From an uncultured Chloroflexia bacterium (GTDB taxonomy: Bacteria; Chloroflexota; Anaerolineae; Anaerolineales; UBA4823), in the NCBI GenBank assembly GCA_963695415.1, contig CAVOGL010000005.1, positions 8,175-72,174 of the forward strand: a stretch of DNA of 64,000 nt. Reading direction: 5' to 3'. Under the pieces are notes generated by a model. The model was not told the origin of the DNA. It searched no databases and saw only the letters and a program-made list of their open reading frames with translations. Below, in pieces: positions 60,818 to 64,000 of the stretch (positions within the stretch are counted from its first letter, which is position 1; each line of letters starts with the position of its first letter). Made by a program: the position numbers and the translations under genes.

Positions 60818-62149
60818 TTGGCAGAACTGGCTAATATTCTGGAGGGTACGATGACTAAACAGGTTAGAAGTATGAAATCCTTTGGGTTCAACACACGCCA
60901 GCTGCATGCTGGGCATTCACCGGATGCGGTCACTGGTTCAAGGGCGGTTCCCATCTACCAGACCACTTCTTTTATGTTCGAAGACACAGAGCAGGCAGCC
61001 CGTCTTTATGCCCTTGAAGAACCGGGTTACATTTACACACGCCTGAGCAACCCAACAACAGCAGTATTCGAAGAGCGCATGGCTTCTTTAGAGGGAGGCA
61101 GCGCTGCCATGGCGACCAGCTCGGGGCAATCCGCAGCCGCTGCCGCGATCCTGGCTATATGCAGCACCGGCGACCACATCGTATCAACTCGAACACTATA
61201 CGGCGGAACCACCACATTATTCCTGACCGTGCTGAAGCGCCTAGGTATCAGTGTCAGCCTGGTGGATGGCAGGAATCCGCAAGAGGTCAGGGAAGCCATC
61301 CAACCGAACACCAGGCTGCTCTACGGTGAAACACTTGGCAATCCGGTTGTGGATGTATTTCCCTTTGAGGAGATCGCAGCCATCGCCAAAGACACTCAAC
61401 TGCCACTGATGATCGACAACACTTTCGCCACACCTTACCTGTGCAGACCTCTTGATTTCGGCGCTCACATCGTCACACACTCCTCCACCAAGTATATTTG
61501 CGGGCATGGGACCACCATTGGCGGTGTGGTAGTGGATGGTGGTAAATTCGATTGGGAATCCAGCGAACGGTTTTCGGATTTCAGCCAACCAGACGTCGAT
61601 TACCATAATCTGGTTTATGCTGACCTGGGACCGATGGCTTATATCTCCAAAATGCGCGCTCAAGTGATGAATAACGTGGGCATGTGCCAGGCGCCATTCA
61701 ACTCCTGGGTATTGCTTCAGGGTCTGGAAACGCTCAGCCTGCGCATGGACCGGCACGTATCCAACGCCCAGGCTGTGGCGCAATTTCTGGTTGACCACCC
61801 TAAGGTCTCATGGGTATCATATCCGGGTTTAAAAGATCACCCCGACCACCTGGCTGCAAAAAAATACCTGCCCAAAGGCGCCGGCGGGATCATGGGTTTT
61901 GGAGTAAAGGGTGGGCGTGAAGCTGGTGCTGGCTTCATTAACAATCTGCAGCTGATCTCCCACCTTGCCAATGTCGGCGATGCGAAAAGCCTAGCCATCC
62001 ATCCAGCATCGACAACACATTCCCAATTATCGCCAGAAGCCCAGCGGCTGAGCGGGGTCTCGCCAGATTTTGTGCGTCTGAGCATCGGGCTGGAAGACAT
62101 CGAAGATATCCTCTGGGACCTGGACCAGGCGCTGCAAGGCTTAATTTAA
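60818..62149 (+). CDS. metY: O-acetylhomoserine aminocarboxypropyltransferase / sulfhydrylase
   Basis: FNTRQLHAG, YTRLSNPT, SSTKYICGHGTTIGG (PLP lysine). The start may be the ATG at 60851. Confidence 0.9.
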   Translation: MAELANILEGTMTKQVRSMKSFGFNTRQLHAGHSPDAVTGSRAVPIYQTTSFMFEDTEQAARLYALEEPGYIYTRLSNPTTAVFEERMASLEGGSAAMATSSGQSAAAAAILAICSTGDHIVSTRTLYGGTTTLFLTVLKRLGISVSLVDGRNPQEVREAIQPNTRLLYGETLGNPVVDVFPFEEIAAIAKDTQLPLMIDNTFATPYLCRPLDFGAHIVTHSSTKYICGHGTTIGGVVVDGGKFDWESSERFSDFSQPDVDYHNLVYADLGPMAYISKMRAQVMNNVGMCQAPFNSWVLLQGLETLSLRMDRHVSNAQAVAQFLVDHPKVSWVSYPGLKDHPDHLAAKKYLPKGAGGIMGFGVKGGREAGAGFINNLQLISHLANVGDAKSLAIHPASTTHSQLSPEAQRLSGVSPDFVRLSIGLEDIEDILWDLDQALQGLI

Positions 62150-62381
62150 AAATAAAGCTAAACCTTATTTAATTGGAAAAATGTTTGAAAAGGTATGGTG
62201 ATTCCAGAAATGTTATGATATACTTCAAAGCCGTGTCCAAAACTGGTTCACCAGTGTGGACACAAACATATCACACACTTCCTGACTGAACCGGGCGTGC
62301 CGCTTGGAATGCCCCCAGCAGACCAGCGGTTCCGGAAAGGATGAGGGAAGTGGAGGCTAAACGCAAAGGAGTTTTTTTAAC

Positions 62382-63308
62382 ATGGCAATCGTCTCCATGA
62401 AGGCGCTTCTTGAATCGGGTGTGCACTTCGGTCACCGCACCCACAAGTGGGACCCCAGCATGAAGCCCTATATTTTTACCGAACGCAACGGTATCCATAT
62501 CATTGATCTGCAGAAAACCGTCAAATCACTTGAGACGGCGTATTCACTCATCCGGGACATTGTGTCTGAGGGCGGGATGGTGTTGTTCGTAGGGACAAAA
62601 CGCCAGGCGCAGGAAACCATCCAGATGGAAGCTATCCGGGCTGGTATGCCCTACGTCACATCACGATGGCTGGGTGGGATGCTGACCAACTGGCGCACCA
62701 TCCGGCAGCGCGTGAACGAGCTTGAACGGCTGGAAAGGATGCGTGACCGAGGTGATTTCGATCGCCTGACAAAGCGCGAGGCATTGAGCTTGACCCGGAA
62801 GATTGACCGCCTCGAGATGCAGCTTGGCGGTATCCGCGCTCTGAACAGGCTCCCGGACCTTTTGTTCATCGTTGACATCCGCAGGGAGTTCATCGCCGTT
62901 CACGAAGCCAACCTGCTGAATATCCCCGTCATCGCTCTGGTTGACACCAATTGTGATCCCCGCGATGTTGATTATGTGATTCCCTCCAACGATGACGCCA
63001 TCCGCGCAATCAAGCTGCTCGTTTCGAAAGTCGCTGATGCCGCCATCGAAGGTCGCAGCATGCGCAAAGATATCGAAGAAGAAGATGCAGCTTTGCGAGA
63101 AGCTATGGCGATCTCTGCTGAGGAAGCCCAGGACCTCTCCGATGAGGAACTGCTGGGTGAATCCACCCTGGCTAAAATTACCAGTAAAACAGTAACTATC
63201 TCATCCGATGAAGATGCTGAGATTATCAGCGAAGAAGTTTGGGAAGAAGAAGAGTCAGATAGCGTTGTTGAAGACGACGAGGATTTAGTCGACGAGGATG
63301 AGGATTAA
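62382..63308 (+). CDS. rpsB: 30S ribosomal protein S2 with a long acidic C-terminal tail
   Basis: [33 protein letters not shown]. About 60 extra D/E-rich residues at the C-terminus. Confidence 0.97.
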   Translation: MAIVSMKALLESGVHFGHRTHKWDPSMKPYIFTERNGIHIIDLQKTVKSLETAYSLIRDIVSEGGMVLFVGTKRQAQETIQMEAIRAGMPYVTSRWLGGMLTNWRTIRQRVNELERLERMRDRGDFDRLTKREALSLTRKIDRLEMQLGGIRALNRLPDLLFIVDIRREFIAVHEANLLNIPVIALVDTNCDPRDVDYVIPSNDDAIRAIKLLVSKVADAAIEGRSMRKDIEEEDAALREAMAISAEEAQDLSDEELLGESTLAKITSKTVTISSDEDAEIISEEVWEEEESDSVVEDDEDLVDEDED

Positions 63309-63311
63309 TTG

Positions 63312-63914
63312 ATGGCTGTAACAACTGAAATGATTAAACAGCTCCGCGAAGCAACCGGAGCAGGCATCCTGGATTGCCGTAAAGCCCTGGAACAAGCTGG
63401 GGGTGATTTTGACGGTGCAGTCGATTTTTTGAGAGAAAAAGGACTCGCAACCGCAGCCAAAAGGGCTGACCGGGATGCGTCCGAAGGTGTGGTAGAACTC
63501 TATTCACACGGAAATGGAAGAGTTGGCGTCATGATCGAATTGAATTGTGAGACCGATTTTGTCGCCCGTTCCGAGCCTTTCCGCTACCTGGCACACGAAC
63601 TGGCTCTCCAGATTGCGGCCTCTTCTCCCACCTACATTCGAGAAGACGAAATTTCCCAGGAAGTACTCGACCACGAAGCAGGTATCGCAAAAGCCCAGGC
63701 TGTCGAAGAAGGGAAACCTGAACAGATACATGACAAAATTGTCGCCGGTCGGCTGGAAAAATTCAAAGATGAAGTCGTCCTGCTGCGCCAACCCTACATC
63801 CGTGATGAATCAATAAAAGTCGAGCAGTTGATATTGCAGAACATTGCTGCAATAGGTGAGAACGTGATCGTCCGGCGCTTTACTCGCTGGGAACTGGGCG
63901 AAAGCACAAATTAA
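63312..63914 (+). CDS. tsf: Translation elongation factor Ts (short form)
   Basis: IKQLREATGAGILDCRKALEQAGGDFDGAVDFLREKG, NCETDFVAR. The ATG follows the rpsB stop within a few nucleotides. Confidence 0.95.
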   Translation: MAVTTEMIKQLREATGAGILDCRKALEQAGGDFDGAVDFLREKGLATAAKRADRDASEGVVELYSHGNGRVGVMIELNCETDFVARSEPFRYLAHELALQIAASSPTYIREDEISQEVLDHEAGIAKAQAVEEGKPEQIHDKIVAGRLEKFKDEVVLLRQPYIRDESIKVEQLILQNIAAIGENVIVRRFTRWELGESTN

Positions 63915-63920
63915 TTCAAA

Positions 63921-63951
63921 AAAAAGACCAACATAAAGTTGGTCTTTTTTT
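63921..63951 (+). terminator. Rho-independent terminator after tsf
   Basis: AGACCAAC-ataaa-GTTGGTCT followed by a T run. Confidence 0.8.
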
Positions 63952-63972
63952 CAAATAGGAGACACCACTCAT

Positions 63973-64000
63973 ATGGAAAACCAGAAACCAATCTACAGCC
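63973..64000 (+). CDS. 5' end of the next gene (position suggests UMP kinase; not verifiable from 9 codons)
   Basis: AGGAG, 11 nt, then ATG. Reads MENQKPIYS... up to the window edge. Synteny rpsB-tsf-pyrH is common. Confidence 0.35.

Noticed and set aside
1-64000. tRNA, rRNA, tmRNA genes and prophage or transposase genes
   Set aside because: I scanned the intergenic regions by eye. I found no T-arm GGTTCGAATCC-type motif in an intergenic context, no rRNA-like sequence, and no transposase or intact recombinase ORF. The only recombinase trace is the intI stub.

Overview
The window reads as a bacterial chromosome segment. A Chloroflexota/Anaerolineae-like origin is my inference from gene content (short-form EF-Ts, CSLREA beta-helix proteins, AGGAG ribosome-binding sites) and is not proven. 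I found no rRNA, tRNA or CRISPR array.

- **1-8.7 kb:** the end of a quinone-oxidoreductase gene, then a minus-strand run of six small polytopic membrane proteins (four DUF4386-type paralogs, one of them frameshifted). Upstream of that run on the minus strand lie a small conserved protein and a MalT/LuxR-type regulator, and the regulator is split by a 1-nt frameshift.
- **8.7-20.1 kb:** the most interesting part. It is a minus-strand array of compositionally mosaic, cassette-like genes: two GNATs, a pectate-lyase-fold protein, a quinone oxidoreductase, YdcF/DUF218, a lipoprotein and several unknowns. The junctions carry integron attC grammar, with RYYYAAC at the upstream stop codon and GTTRRRY just before the next start. 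The array faces a 32-codon integron-integrase stub. Two junctions are expanded by a ~455-nt highly structured, ORF-less repeat that I cannot assign to any known RNA or mobile-element family.
- **20-50 kb:** an accessory glycan, sulfatase and oxidoreductase region. Intact genes alternate with an unusually large number of frameshift-split genes, including an ExeM/NucH nuclease whose lesions are packed into its last 1.2 kb.
- **50-64 kb:** intact genes only. These are a lipid kinase, Gfo/Idh/MocA, a sulfatase, GH3, a GH-A hydrolase, gyrA, birA, metY, rpsB, tsf with its terminator, and the start of the next gene.

All product calls come from motif and family recognition by eye. No database search was run.
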